A DNA stretch of 64,000 nt from Candidatus Poribacteria bacterium. Its GTDB lineage: Bacteria; Poribacteria; WGA-4E; JAJDTR01. Both the position numbers and the translations under genes were made by a program. Of this stretch, positions 10,045 through 22,660 are shown piece by piece (the stretch's first letter is position 1; every line of letters starts with the position of its first letter). The DNA is taken from assembly GCA_965222225.1 (NCBI GenBank), contig CBDCTK010000002.1, forward strand, positions 5,152,001-5,216,000. Reading direction: 5' to 3'. The notes under the pieces were generated by a model, which saw only the letters and a list, made by a program, of their open reading frames with translations, searched no databases and was not told the origin of the DNA.

Positions 10045-11236
10045 ATGGCAGTGTCACTTCGGGAGTATCGCGAAGAAGACCGCTAGCAGTATGAAATGAT
10101 TTGGACATCGGCTTTCCACGCTGGTGAAGCCTATCCTTCGGAAAGACCGGTTCCGGGATCAAGCGAGACCGTTTATGTGGCAGAACAAAATGGTCGGGTT
10201 GCCGGTACCTTCACGATTCGTCCTTCGGAAGTTACGTGTAGAAATGCAGCCCTGACATGTGGTGGCATTGCTTCGGTTGCTGTTTCCGCCGACTCGCGTA
10301 AGCACGGCGTGGGAAGAGTCATGATGACCTCGCTGGCTGAAATCAGGCGTGAAGACGGGCTGATTGTCGGGAATCTACGTGCCTCCCACGAAAGTTTCTA
10401 TCGCAGATTCGGCTGGGAAAGTTGCGGGCGTGAAGTCCGGATCACCTGCCCCGTCAGACTGGTGCCGCAGTTCGAATGTACGTTGCCGGTGCGTCAAATG
10501 CGCCTGACGGACTTCAAATTTGTGAACAAGGACAACGAATTGCTGCTTCAGGAAGAGTGGGCGCCGTTAAAAACCGCCTACGATAGATTTGCGCGTGCTT
10601 ATTCCGGGATGCTTATTCGTGAAAGTATGAGATGCGGCGACTTCGCATGACCAGCGGTAGTCTGCCCTATGTCTTCGTTGCGGGCGATCCGGTGAAGCCT
10701 ACGCTGTCCTGCGAATCTCCTCAACGAGAGATCAGGATGTCATAGAATTTGTTTGGTCCACTCTGGGAGGGTATCAATCCTTACTCGTAACCTTGGCTGG
10801 GGTTGCCATCAATCACGCCACGCTCAGTTGGACAGAGCCTTCAAATGGTCCATTTTTATCTACGTGGTTTACTCAGGGCATTGAGGCGCAGTTGCGCAAG
10901 CCGTCAATGTTTCAAGTATTGGATGCCCCACGTTCACTGTCTCTGCTCAAGCCGACAGGTTCGGGAAGTTTCGCACTTGAGGTTGAGGACGAGATCCTAC
11001 CAGCCAATCGTGGGCCATGGCGAGTGTCCTACACGCCGGAAGGCGTTGAAGTGGAGCCGAGCGACACCGCAGACGTGCAAATGACGATTCAACACTATGC
11101 ACAGGTCTTAATGGGTGAGCCGAGTTTTTCGGATCTGTTGTCTTACGGACTTGTATCGTGCAGTAGTGACCGAGCGGCACAAGCAGTTAATGGATTATTG
11201 GATCCACAAGTGACATACAGCCTTGAGATTTTCTAA
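10045..11236 (+). pseudogene. disrupted Eis-like GNAT acetyltransferase with SCP2-like C-terminus
   Basis: ATG at 10045, in-frame TAG at 10084; 'GGIASVAVSADSRKHGVG...FYRRFGWE'; two apparent 1-nt deletions near 10633 and 10693; C-terminal 'LEVEDEILPANRGPWRV'. Confidence 0.75.
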
Positions 11237-11323
11237 TTTCCATTTGTAGCAGTCATGCAGCCGCGGTGGGGCTTCCGTGTGAAACCCACCGAGCTCTTAG
11301 GTTCTTAATAATCTCTCAAATTT

Positions 11324-13364
<2,041 letters not shown>

Positions 13365-13482
13365 GAATATGTCCGATGGAGAAAAGCAACGAAGGAAGAC
13401 GGTCAGGACTTGCGCAGTTCGGTTTGTAGTAGCGATGGTCGATCGCCAAATCAAAGGTGGATTTCCACAAGTGCTGGTGCCT

Positions 13483-13522
13483 GTAGGAGCGATCTTCAAT
13501 CATCAAATCGTTGATTTTCCCT
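13483..13522 (+). repeat. GTAG REP-like element (aatcatcaaatcg family)
   Basis: Related to 15929-15974 and to the near-perfect hairpin at 45190-45235. Confidence 0.6.
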
Positions 13523-13688
13523 CTACTCTCTTCATTCCATGTCCTGCCTAGAACGGGGTAGAGAACGCCTCTGCAATCAAAAGATTTGATACAACCCCCC
13601 CCGGCGACTGATAAGATTTGTCTTGATCCGCGTTCAATAATCTGATAGACTTAAAGACACCCTGATTCAAGGAAAGCAAAGACACACT

Positions 13689-14306
13689 TTGGCTCGCATC
13701 AAGATCTGCGGAATCACCCATCTGACGGACGCATTAACGGCAGTCGAAGCCGGCGCTGATGCACTCGGTTTCGTGTTTGTGCCGGACACTCCCCGATTTG
13801 TCAAGCCCGATCAAGTTGCTGCAATTATTGCCCAATTACCTCCCTTTATTACAACCGTTGGGATATTCGTGAGCAAAGACTCTGAAAAAATAAGGACGAT
13901 TGTCGAGCGATGTCGACTGGATGCCATTCAGTTACACGCTGATGTAACGCCCGAATTCTGCCGCAACTTGGATAGTAGAGTCATCAAAGCTGTCCGCGTG
14001 AAAGACGAGTCCAGCTTGTCAATCCTCTCGGATTACGATGTTAATGCCTTCCTGTTGGATGCCTACGTCGAAGGGAAGATGGGAGGAACGGGACACGTTT
14101 TCGACTGGGATCTCGCGCTGCAAGCTAAAAATTATGGTCGAATCATAATCGCGGGAGGCCTCAATCCGGACAATGCGGCACAAGCCGTGCGCCACGTCAT
14201 GCCCTACGGCGTCGATGTCAGTAGTGGTGTTGAATCGCAGCCAGGGCGCAAGGATCCGAATAAAATCAGAAAATTCATTGACGCAGTGAGAGCCGTCGAG
14301 GCTTGA
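13689..14306 (+). CDS. trpF: phosphoribosylanthranilate isomerase
   Basis: 'IKICGIT', 'GADALGFVF', 'GGTGHVFDW', 'AGGLNPDN', 'GVDVSSGVE'; TTG start. Confidence 0.95.
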   Translation: MARIKICGITHLTDALTAVEAGADALGFVFVPDTPRFVKPDQVAAIIAQLPPFITTVGIFVSKDSEKIRTIVERCRLDAIQLHADVTPEFCRNLDSRVIKAVRVKDESSLSILSDYDVNAFLLDAYVEGKMGGTGHVFDWDLALQAKNYGRIIIAGGLNPDNAAQAVRHVMPYGVDVSSGVESQPGRKDPNKIRKFIDAVRAVEA

Positions 14307-14315
14307 AACGCTAAA

Positions 14316-14816
14316 ATGGGAACGCTTGAACTGATTTACAAACGCCTACCGAACCGCGTGAACCGTTTTCAGCAGGAACTGCTTTATGAGGATGCCTCTG
14401 TAATCGTAACGACCCAGAGGCTCAAGCCTTCCAATCCCATTGCTATTGATGGGGTAACCGTTCTTGATAACGATTTCACGGCGGTGTGGTTTGTCTTCGC
14501 TAATCTATGGCACGATGTCGGAAAGATTTATAACCTTGAGGATGTTTTCACGGGATACTATTGCGACATCATTACGCCGATGCATCGGGCTAAGAATCAC
14601 TTTGAAATCACCGACCTATTCCTGGATCTGTGGGTAATGCCCGCTGGCAGTTATCAGATTCAGGACAGTGACGAATTTGAAGAGGCTATCGCCAACGGCT
14701 GGATTCAGCCTGATTTGGCGGACAAGGCAAGAAAGGCGCTTCAAAATCTGATTGCTGAGGTTGAATCGGGCGTTTTCCCGCCGAAAATCGTGGCGGACTG
14801 GGAACTCATGAAATAA
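14316..14816 (+). CDS. DUF402-family protein
   Basis: 'GYYCDIITP...DLFLDLWV...DSDEFEEA' pattern. Confidence 0.75.
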   Translation: MGTLELIYKRLPNRVNRFQQELLYEDASVIVTTQRLKPSNPIAIDGVTVLDNDFTAVWFVFANLWHDVGKIYNLEDVFTGYYCDIITPMHRAKNHFEITDLFLDLWVMPAGSYQIQDSDEFEEAIANGWIQPDLADKARKALQNLIAEVESGVFPPKIVADWELMK

Positions 14817-14867
14817 TTACTGTCGGTTCTTGAACCGTTCAATCATAATATCTATAGAGGACTCAAC

Positions 14868-15864
14868 ATGGTTATGACATTCCAAGGAGAGGTTCGTGAC
14901 GATCTCAGGCTGTTTGCCGGGAGCGCCAACCCGGAGCTAGCTAAGGAAATTGCCATGACGCTGGGCGTTGAATTAGGCAAGATTTCGATCTCGCCGTTTC
15001 CCAATAGCGAGACCCGTGTTCAGATTGAGGAGAGCATTCGCGGGACGGATGTTTATATTATCCAACCGACGTGCCAACCCTCCAATGATCACTTAATGGA
15101 ACTGCTCCTTACCATTGATGCCATGAAGCGCGCCTCGGTGCGGCAGATCACGGCGGTGATACCGTATTTTGGCTACGGTCGCCAAGACAAGAAATCCACG
15201 GGCCGTGAACCCATTAGCGCCAAGCTGGTTGCTGATCTCCTTAACCGTGGCGGGCGCTAATCGTATTGTTGCTGTTGACCTGCACGCCGCTCAGATTCAG
15301 GGCTTCTTCGACATTCCCGCAGATCATCTTACGGCCTTAACGACTTTGGCGGATCATTTCAAGCAAAAACAAATTGATAACGGTGTCATTGTCGCGCCCG
15401 ATGCCGGACGGGTGAAATTGGCGGAAAAATACTCAAATATTCTGGGATTCCCGTTGGCGCTGATGCACAAACGCCGCACGGGTGTCGGTGGGCGAGAGGT
15501 TGAGGCGGCGGGTATTGTCGGCGATGTTGCAGGCAAAAATCCTATTATCGTTGACGACGAAATTGCTACCGGCGGCACCGTACTTGAACAGGTCGCGGCA
15601 TTAGAGATGGCGGGATCGAAACCGGCTTACATTAGCGTGACACACCCTGTACTCGCCGGAGCTGCCCCGGAGCGCCTGCGGCACCCTGCGATTCGAGAGG
15701 TTGTTGTGACTAACACAATCCCGGTTCCCGCTGAAAAACAAGCAAACGGAAAAATTGAGGTTCTTTCCATCGCTCCCCTCCTGGCAGAAGCCATTCTAAG
15801 AATTCATCAGCACCGGTCCGTTAGCCAAGTCTTCTCTGCTCAACAGTTGGTCTTTCCCGTCTAG
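14868..15864 (+). CDS. prs: ribose-phosphate pyrophosphokinase, split by one frameshift near 15243
   Basis: 'LFAGSANPELA', 'PYFGYGRQDKK', then 'VDLHAAQIQGFF', 'APDAGRV', 'VDDEIATGGT'; removing one A from CTT-A-ACC restores ADLLTVAGANR. Confidence 0.9.
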
Positions 15865-15907
15865 ATCTTCACGGGAATCTGTGCATGACCTGTGGGTTGC
15901 ATTGAAC

Positions 15908-16076
15908 GATCGAAACCCCGAATAGTTTGTAGGGTGCGATCGACGATCATCAAATCATCGATTTCCCCTCTTACTGCGATCAACTGAGCGGATAGCGAAG
16001 GAGCAACTGACCGATAGGGAAGGCGGTAGAGATCCCATAGTGAGTGCGATAGCAAATCTCGTGCGATAGAGATTCC
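15908..16076 (+). repeat. REP plus nested 37-bp unit cluster
   Basis: GTAG REP at 15929-15974, left half at 15978, full variant at 16001-16036, two right parts; 45 bp are identical to 9832-9876. Confidence 0.85.
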
Positions 16077-16166
16077 TCTGCAATCATCAAGTCGCGGGGA
16101 AATCGCCAAGGTGTATGGCAGGCGACAACAAAACCTGAAAAGCCCTGGAAAAACAACTCCGGGAGT

Positions 16167-18692
16167 TCATTCTAGAGAAATCACGATGGGTTCAATACCC
16201 TGTGATTCCCTTAGTTGCTCCGCGAATTCCACGGCTTCATGCCGTTCTTTGAAACGTCCGACCGTCACTCGGTACCACGGTTGGGATTTGATTACCACCC
16301 GAGAGGATTGAATATCATCTGCGATATCTAACGTCTTCAGGTTCTCAACGAGCAGTTCTGCACTCTCACGGGATTTGAATGAACTGACCATTAATGTCCA
16401 CTTCCCCCGCATATTTTCCTTTAACCGAGCCGACGAACGAAAATCGAGTTCAGATATCTCACTAGATGTCTCTTTCACGCGGTTAGAGATTTCGGAAATC
16501 ATATCTGCGTCTAGACCAAGGGAACCTGATATGGATAACACGACCTCTACGCGCCGGTTTTTGTGGCGAATGGATTCCACATCGTTATCCACGATTGGCT
16601 TTTCCTCACCATAACCTTTTGTCTTCAACCGTGCCCAGGAAATGCCAAATTCACGAACAAGATAGTCCTTCACTGCATCCGCACGCTGATGCGATAGTTC
16701 GAGATTGTAGTCGGCATCGCCAATACTATCCGTATGCCCTTCTATGCTTACCTGCGCCTTTGGATACGTGAGAATCACCTTCGCAAATTTTTCTAGAACC
16801 GCCCGATAGCCATCGCTGATTTCATAAGACCCCGTATCAAAAGCGATGCCCGGAAGTGTCAATACAACCTCGCTATCTTCTGGTTTCTGTTCTGTTGCCT
16901 CATGCTGAGGCGGTAACACGTCCTCGGAGGTAACCTCCTCTTGGGGCGTGGCATCCTCATCGACTAGCAGTTTCTTTGAGGTTAAATCGATTAGCTGAAG
17001 AGGAGCGGTTTCCGAATTACGATTGCCGGCGATGTCATGTATTGTCATCTCTAAATGGTAGTCCGCTTCCGAGTCCGCGAGCAGTTGAGAACGCTCCCAG
17101 TTGTTCCAGACAATCGTGTTCGACGGTGGGCTGTCTCCCGCGAGTGTATCTATGACATCTCCTCCGCTCTTTACAATCTTCAGTTCCCATTGCACAATCT
17201 GATTCAAATCTGGCGTCTGTATATGTACTGTTGGTGTGTTGGCTGTCCGCGAATCGCTTGAACTCGCCTTGGTATCCGCGTCCGATGACGGCTCAATCAA
17301 AAGCGGTTCCGCCTGGATTTCGAAATCTGTCGGAGTAGTATCTACCTCAACGGTCACTTCGCGCTGTAAATACTGATAATTCCGCAAATCGAGCACCGTG
17401 AATTGAGCGGTGTATGTGCCGTCGTTTACTAGATTACCGGCATCGTCCTGTCCGTTCCACATGAGTACCTCTTTACGTAATCCGGTTCCGGAATAGCGCC
17501 TCAAGGTCTCACCGTGCTCATCGTGGATTTCCAACGTCCATTTCGCATTAACGGGAATGGTTAAGCTAAATGACGCAATATCCTTAATGTCGTCGCCATT
17601 TGGCGAAATTACCCGCTCGGAAACCCGGAAGTCCGTTTCATTTTCACGCAGTGTAACTACCGGATCGATAGTTTTTGGATGTTGTGGAGGAGGGGTGGGC
17701 ATTATGATTGGGGCAGGGAGTTCTGGAGGATTGGTCGGAGCCACAGTCGGAATGCCGTTCCAACGAAAAGTTGCGGCAATCCAATGCGATCCCTCATCAA
17801 ATTCGCCGCCGTTGAGGTATGCGTAATCAAATCTCCCTGTGTCACTGCGCAAGCTGAATCCACTTGACCATTCTCCCTCGGTGAAATTTTCATGGTTTGT
17901 AATTGCAGTATAGCCAAAGCGAATGCCGAATCGTCGGTTGAATATCCACTTTTCTACCCCTAAATGCAGGCGAAATCGGTCTTTCCATGTGAGTTGGTCG
18001 TCATTGTGCAGCGTGAAATCGCTCGATAAAATCGTACCCCAGTCAAGATGATACGCTGTACCGAAACGAGCCACAAGCGGCAAATCTTGAATGAGTTGTC
18101 CATCTCTATACAGTCGGCCGTCAAAATCTTCAAAACTCAATCCGAAAGCGACTCGATCGCCCAAGCGCGTCAACTTCCGCGAAACCTGAATCCCGATGTC
18201 ATAAGACCATCCAAGATGTGTGTTGGCACCTCGACTCCGACGATGATGGCGGATATTGGCGCCTGCGGCAACCGATTTTCCAAATGAGTATCCGTAGCCT
18301 AGGAGCATGATTCGATTTTGTTCCCGATCTTCGCCCCAGCCATCAAACCAAGAGCCAAACGAGATATTCCCGATTTTTCTGGTAGAAATTCCGAGGTTTT
18401 CCGGATTTAAGCCAATTGAGAACGCCCCTTCTCGGTTTGTCAAGTTTTCGGCAAAGGGTAACCCGACCAAGGAAACTTCCATTCCGCTCAAAAACCCGAG
18501 TGATGATGAATTCCAATAGAAGCTGTCGCTCCCGGCTGGTCCCGCGGTGAAGGCACTCCCCATCCCGAGCGCTCTCGCACTTGCTCCGACGAGGATGTCC
18601 CTGTCGCTGATGTCTGATTTTATCTCGGTTGTTGAAGAAATGACCAATATCAGTGTAAGAGTTGCTGTTACGGCAAAAGTATTTAATTTCAT
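16167..18692 (-). CDS. outer-membrane protein: PorV/PorQ-like barrel + FlgD-Ig + OmpA-C + SPOR
   Basis: Signal peptide; 'VGASARALGMGSAFTA'; Pro-rich linker; 'ISPNGDDIKD...WNGQDDAGNLVNDGTY'; 'IEGHTDSIG...LSHQRADAV...NRRVEV'; 'WYRVTVGRFKERHEA'. Confidence 0.8.
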   Translation of the reverse strand: MKLNTFAVTATLTLILVISSTTEIKSDISDRDILVGASARALGMGSAFTAGPAGSDSFYWNSSSLGFLSGMEVSLVGLPFAENLTNREGAFSIGLNPENLGISTRKIGNISFGSWFDGWGEDREQNRIMLLGYGYSFGKSVAAGANIRHHRRSRGANTHLGWSYDIGIQVSRKLTRLGDRVAFGLSFEDFDGRLYRDGQLIQDLPLVARFGTAYHLDWGTILSSDFTLHNDDQLTWKDRFRLHLGVEKWIFNRRFGIRFGYTAITNHENFTEGEWSSGFSLRSDTGRFDYAYLNGGEFDEGSHWIAATFRWNGIPTVAPTNPPELPAPIIMPTPPPQHPKTIDPVVTLRENETDFRVSERVISPNGDDIKDIASFSLTIPVNAKWTLEIHDEHGETLRRYSGTGLRKEVLMWNGQDDAGNLVNDGTYTAQFTVLDLRNYQYLQREVTVEVDTTPTDFEIQAEPLLIEPSSDADTKASSSDSRTANTPTVHIQTPDLNQIVQWELKIVKSGGDVIDTLAGDSPPSNTIVWNNWERSQLLADSEADYHLEMTIHDIAGNRNSETAPLQLIDLTSKKLLVDEDATPQEEVTSEDVLPPQHEATEQKPEDSEVVLTLPGIAFDTGSYEISDGYRAVLEKFAKVILTYPKAQVSIEGHTDSIGDADYNLELSHQRADAVKDYLVREFGISWARLKTKGYGEEKPIVDNDVESIRHKNRRVEVVLSISGSLGLDADMISEISNRVKETSSEISELDFRSSARLKENMRGKWTLMVSSFKSRESAELLVENLKTLDIADDIQSSRVVIKSQPWYRVTVGRFKERHEAVEFAEQLRESQGIEPIVISLE

Positions 18693-19423
18693 AATCCCGT
18701 GCCTGTTTCAAAGATTCTAAGCAACTTTTAAGAATAAACTTCCACTTCGATTTAGATCTGACCCGCTCCTGCCGGAGTGACAAATCCAGCAGATCTTTTT
18801 CTAGCTATTCAGCTTCAATTCTCTCGCTACGGAAGAGCGGTATGTCTGTAGAACACTGATAGCTTCAATACTCTGCTCCAGAGGAGCAGCATGTTTGTGA
18901 AACGGGCACAGCCTCGATTCTTCCCCAGTCGCTGCGGAAGATTAACTTTTCTATTGAAATTTGCTTATATATGAATACTGTGGATTTCTTATTTTTCTCA
19001 TTAATAAACGTCTACCTGATGTTGATGGATACAGCAAACCCTGAAATACCGCGCCCATGGAGTAGATAAGATACGTCAATGGCGTAATGTGTGTTTTTGG
19101 AGGATATGCTGTGAATCCCATGCGGAAAAGTTGGTGTTCAGCGTATAATCGCAATGGAAAACAGTAGTGGTTTCAGTTATAATATCTGCAGTGAAGTCCA
19201 CCTGCCTTCCGGTTCAGGCATCTTGAATTACAGGCATAGATGTTTACTAACCGCAAAGCTATGGACTAAGACACCGTTAGCAGAATCGAACATAGTGCGA
19301 TTGGAGAGATCGAGGTGAAACATTGTCGTCGGAGATCAACTAAGTTGTGGAAGGACGACAAAACTGCGCTTTGAATAGGGCAGGATAGCATATACCAATA
19401 GAACGAAATCCGAGGAGAATACT

Positions 19424-20404
19424 ATGGTGCGTATTGGTGTCATCGGTACAGGCGGCATGGGCAGCGCGCACTGCAATTCGCTGCCAAACGTTGAAAACTG
19501 TGAGTTCGTCGGCGTGGCGGACATACGGCTTGAAGCCGCGCAAGCCATCGCCGAACAGCATCATGTACGCGCGTTTCAAGATTTCCACGAACTATTGGAG
19601 ATTGCCGACGCTGTCATTGTTGCCACGCCGCCCATGATGCATCGGGAGGTTGTCGTTGCAGCGGCGGAAGCGGGCGTTCACGCCTTCTCCGAGAAACCGC
19701 TCTCCATCACCCTTGCGGACGCCGACGCCATGATTGACGCGGCAAACAGAGCTGAAACGCATCTTATGGTAGGGCAAGTGCTTCGCTTTTATCCGGTGCA
19801 TCGTCTCGGCAAACAGTTGGTCGATGGCGGCGAAATCGGCGACGTGGTGTACATCGAAACGGATTATAGCGGTGCCTTCAATGCGGCGCGGGAGCGCCCA
19901 TCAACATGGTACGGTACCGTAGGCGGGCTTCTCGAAAACGGAATACACAAGTCCGATCTCATCAACTGGTTTGGTGGCACTGCCTTGACAGTTGCGGCGG
20001 AAGTGGACAGTTTCTCCGGGAACGAAGATTGGGAAGACTACACAGTCTCGCTAATCCGCTACGACACCAAAGCCGTGGGCATACTGCGTTGGGGCGGCTT
20101 TATGGGTGCCCGCGGTACAACCGACACCATTATTGACGGATCGAAGGGCTCCCTACGGCTCGATATGGGAGCGGACATTGCCTACCTAAAGAAGATAGGC
20201 GAATCCGACTGGACTCCTCTCACTCCTGATCGGGGAGCGCCGCACGGCGTGGTCGGAGAATTAACCCATTTCGTCGATTGCATTCGGGACGGTAAGACGC
20301 CGTTGGTTGATGGCGTAGCCGGACGCCGCGCCGTTGAAATTGCGTTGGCAACCTACCGATCAGCAAAGGAACAGAGCAAAGTCACCTTGCCAATCCACGA
20401 TTGA
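19424..20404 (+). CDS. Gfo/Idh/MocA oxidoreductase
   Basis: 'IGVIGTGGMG', 'VATPP', 'SEKP', 'ENGIHKSD'. Confidence 0.92.
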   Translation: MVRIGVIGTGGMGSAHCNSLPNVENCEFVGVADIRLEAAQAIAEQHHVRAFQDFHELLEIADAVIVATPPMMHREVVVAAAEAGVHAFSEKPLSITLADADAMIDAANRAETHLMVGQVLRFYPVHRLGKQLVDGGEIGDVVYIETDYSGAFNAARERPSTWYGTVGGLLENGIHKSDLINWFGGTALTVAAEVDSFSGNEDWEDYTVSLIRYDTKAVGILRWGGFMGARGTTDTIIDGSKGSLRLDMGADIAYLKKIGESDWTPLTPDRGAPHGVVGELTHFVDCIRDGKTPLVDGVAGRRAVEIALATYRSAKEQSKVTLPIHD

Positions 20405-20618
20405 TGAGAATCGTACTTACCCATATTGGATTCTGAAGAGTGAGGATTCAACGTATTGTGATATTTACCAGATGTCTATCGTAGCGACCATGGGTTGGGG
20501 ACGCCGTCGTTCATGCTGCGTGAGTTCACCACGGCAGCCTAAAGAATCTGTAATAATTTCAACTGAAATCGGTGCTCTTCCACCATCATCTCTACGGCTA
20601 CTCTAAGGAGACTCTTGT

Positions 20619-21434
20619 ATGAACCAAACGTCAGGAAACGGAAACTATCTCGCCAATCAAAGCGTCAGCGAGGAACAGATTCAAGCGTGGGTCGATCGAT
20701 TTCACCGTGATGGCTTTTTGTTCCTGCAAAATGTCTTGCCGCCAGATTGGTGTGCCCTGATGCGCGAAGACCTTGATAAGGCGCTTAGGGAAAACCTAAA
20801 CGGTCTCAACAATGTCAACGATCGTATTGCGCTGGCACACCGCATGTTTGAAACCAGCGAGGCGAATCTCAGGCTGTTTGATCTGGAACCGGTTGCCGGT
20901 TTCGCTGAGGCGCTCGTCGCGCCAAACTGCCACGTCATCCACAACAACTCCTTCCAAAGCCCGCCGGGCGGTGGCATTACGGGTTGGCACCAAGATGATG
21001 CCCCGCACATTACTGTCACGGATGGGAAGCCTCTCGAAAACATCCGCCTTTCGGTACTGTTCTTCACGGCGAACTACTACTTGACCGATGTCACCGAAGT
21101 CAAATATGGCCCCACCGAGGTAATTCCCGGTTCTCATCTATTTGGCGCCAGTCCACCGTCCGAACTCGAAGGCACGGAGTGGGAGGACAGTATCCATTGC
21201 AACTTGGGAAAAGCTGGGAGCGTCATCATGTTCAATAATCAGCTGTGGCATCATGGAGGGGTTAATCAGAGTGAGAGAACGCGCTATATCACACAAATTA
21301 CCTATGGTCGCCGGATAATTGGCCACAAATATTACCCATTCATGAATTACAACATGCCTGAGCACATCTACAAGGACACTAATCCGAGATTAAGGCGGCT
21401 CCTCGGTTTCCTTGATCACGGGAATTATGGATAA
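20619..21434 (+). CDS. phytanoyl-CoA dioxygenase (PhyH) family
   Basis: 'FHRDGFL', 'WHQD', 'GPTEVIPGSH', 'LWHHGG...R'. Confidence 0.9.
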   Translation: MNQTSGNGNYLANQSVSEEQIQAWVDRFHRDGFLFLQNVLPPDWCALMREDLDKALRENLNGLNNVNDRIALAHRMFETSEANLRLFDLEPVAGFAEALVAPNCHVIHNNSFQSPPGGGITGWHQDDAPHITVTDGKPLENIRLSVLFFTANYYLTDVTEVKYGPTEVIPGSHLFGASPPSELEGTEWEDSIHCNLGKAGSVIMFNNQLWHHGGVNQSERTRYITQITYGRRIIGHKYYPFMNYNMPEHIYKDTNPRLRRLLGFLDHGNYG

Positions 21435-21476
21435 GTCAATATCCCTATCCGAGCATATTTCAGCCGGGAGGTGAAT

Positions 21477-22427
21477 ATGGAGAGAATTCTGGTCACTGGG
21501 TCCGTAGGGCAGATAGGATCTGAACTAACTCTTGCCCTCAGAGAGCGGTATGGTAATGATAATGTGGTTGCGGGAGGTCGCAAAACTCTTCCGAGTGAAG
21601 AATTGCGAGATTCAGGCCCCTTCGAAATTGTGGATTGCACGGAGGTTGAAGCCGTTGATCACGTCGTCAAAACGTATGAGATTGATACAGTATATCACCT
21701 TGCCGCACTGCTATCGGCAGTAGCTGAGAATGAACCTCAATTGGCATGGAAGGTGAACGTTAATGCGTTGGTGAACGTCCTTGAGGTCGCGCGTGAACAC
21801 GACTGTGCAGTCTTCACCCCTAGTTCCATTGGTGCATTTGGACCGACAACCCCTGCCGACAATACGCCACAAGACACCATCCAGAGACCCACGAGCATGT
21901 ACGGCGTCACCAAAGTCTCCGGCGAGCTACTATGCGATTACTACTATGAAAAATTTGGTGTCGATACACGCGGGTTGCGTTATCCGGGGATTATTTCGTA
22001 TGTCACGCTGCCGGGTGGCGGCACCACGGATTATGCCGTGCAAATCTTCTATGACGCGATAAAGCGCCGAAGATACACGTGCTTCTTGAAGCAGGGCACG
22101 AAGCTGGATATGATGTATATACCGGACGCTATCAAGGGTGCTATTGCGATAATGGAAGCCGATCCGAGCAGGTTGAAACACCGCAACGCTTTCAATGTGT
22201 CCGCGATGAGTTTCGCGCCCGAGGACATTGCGGCAGAGGTAAAGAAGTTGATTCCCGACTTCACTATGGATTACGATGTGGATCCGTTGAGACAGAGTAT
22301 CGCTGACTCTTGGCCCAATAGTATGGATGACAGCGCGGCAAGAGAGGAATGGGGCTGGCAGCCGGACTACAATTTACCTCGAATGTGCGAGGATATGATT
22401 GAAAAACTAACGCCAAAACTAACTTGA
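21477..22427 (+). CDS. SDR-type L-threonine 3-dehydrogenase / NAD-dependent epimerase
   Basis: 'ILVTGSVGQIG', 'YHLAALLSA', 'PSSIGAFG', 'YGVTK', 'PGGGTTDYAV'; GGAGG RBS. Confidence 0.88.
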   Translation: MERILVTGSVGQIGSELTLALRERYGNDNVVAGGRKTLPSEELRDSGPFEIVDCTEVEAVDHVVKTYEIDTVYHLAALLSAVAENEPQLAWKVNVNALVNVLEVAREHDCAVFTPSSIGAFGPTTPADNTPQDTIQRPTSMYGVTKVSGELLCDYYYEKFGVDTRGLRYPGIISYVTLPGGGTTDYAVQIFYDAIKRRRYTCFLKQGTKLDMMYIPDAIKGAIAIMEADPSRLKHRNAFNVSAMSFAPEDIAAEVKKLIPDFTMDYDVDPLRQSIADSWPNSMDDSAAREEWGWQPDYNLPRMCEDMIEKLTPKLT

Positions 22428-22660
22428 GTCCCTCGTACAATTGTGCACCGCGCCGGAATTAGTCAAGTCGAACTCGAACAACTACGCCGCCCATGACATC
22501 TTTTTCTCTGCCGTCGAGAGGGTTCGCCGAAAGCGTGGCATAGTGCTCCTGTGCGCTCTCGAATTCGCGATAAACGAAGTAAATCATAAGTTCTAACGCA
22601 CCCAAGAAGATCCTGTGAAAGGATTGTTCCAAATCTAACAACAAGCAAGTCCCGAAGTTC

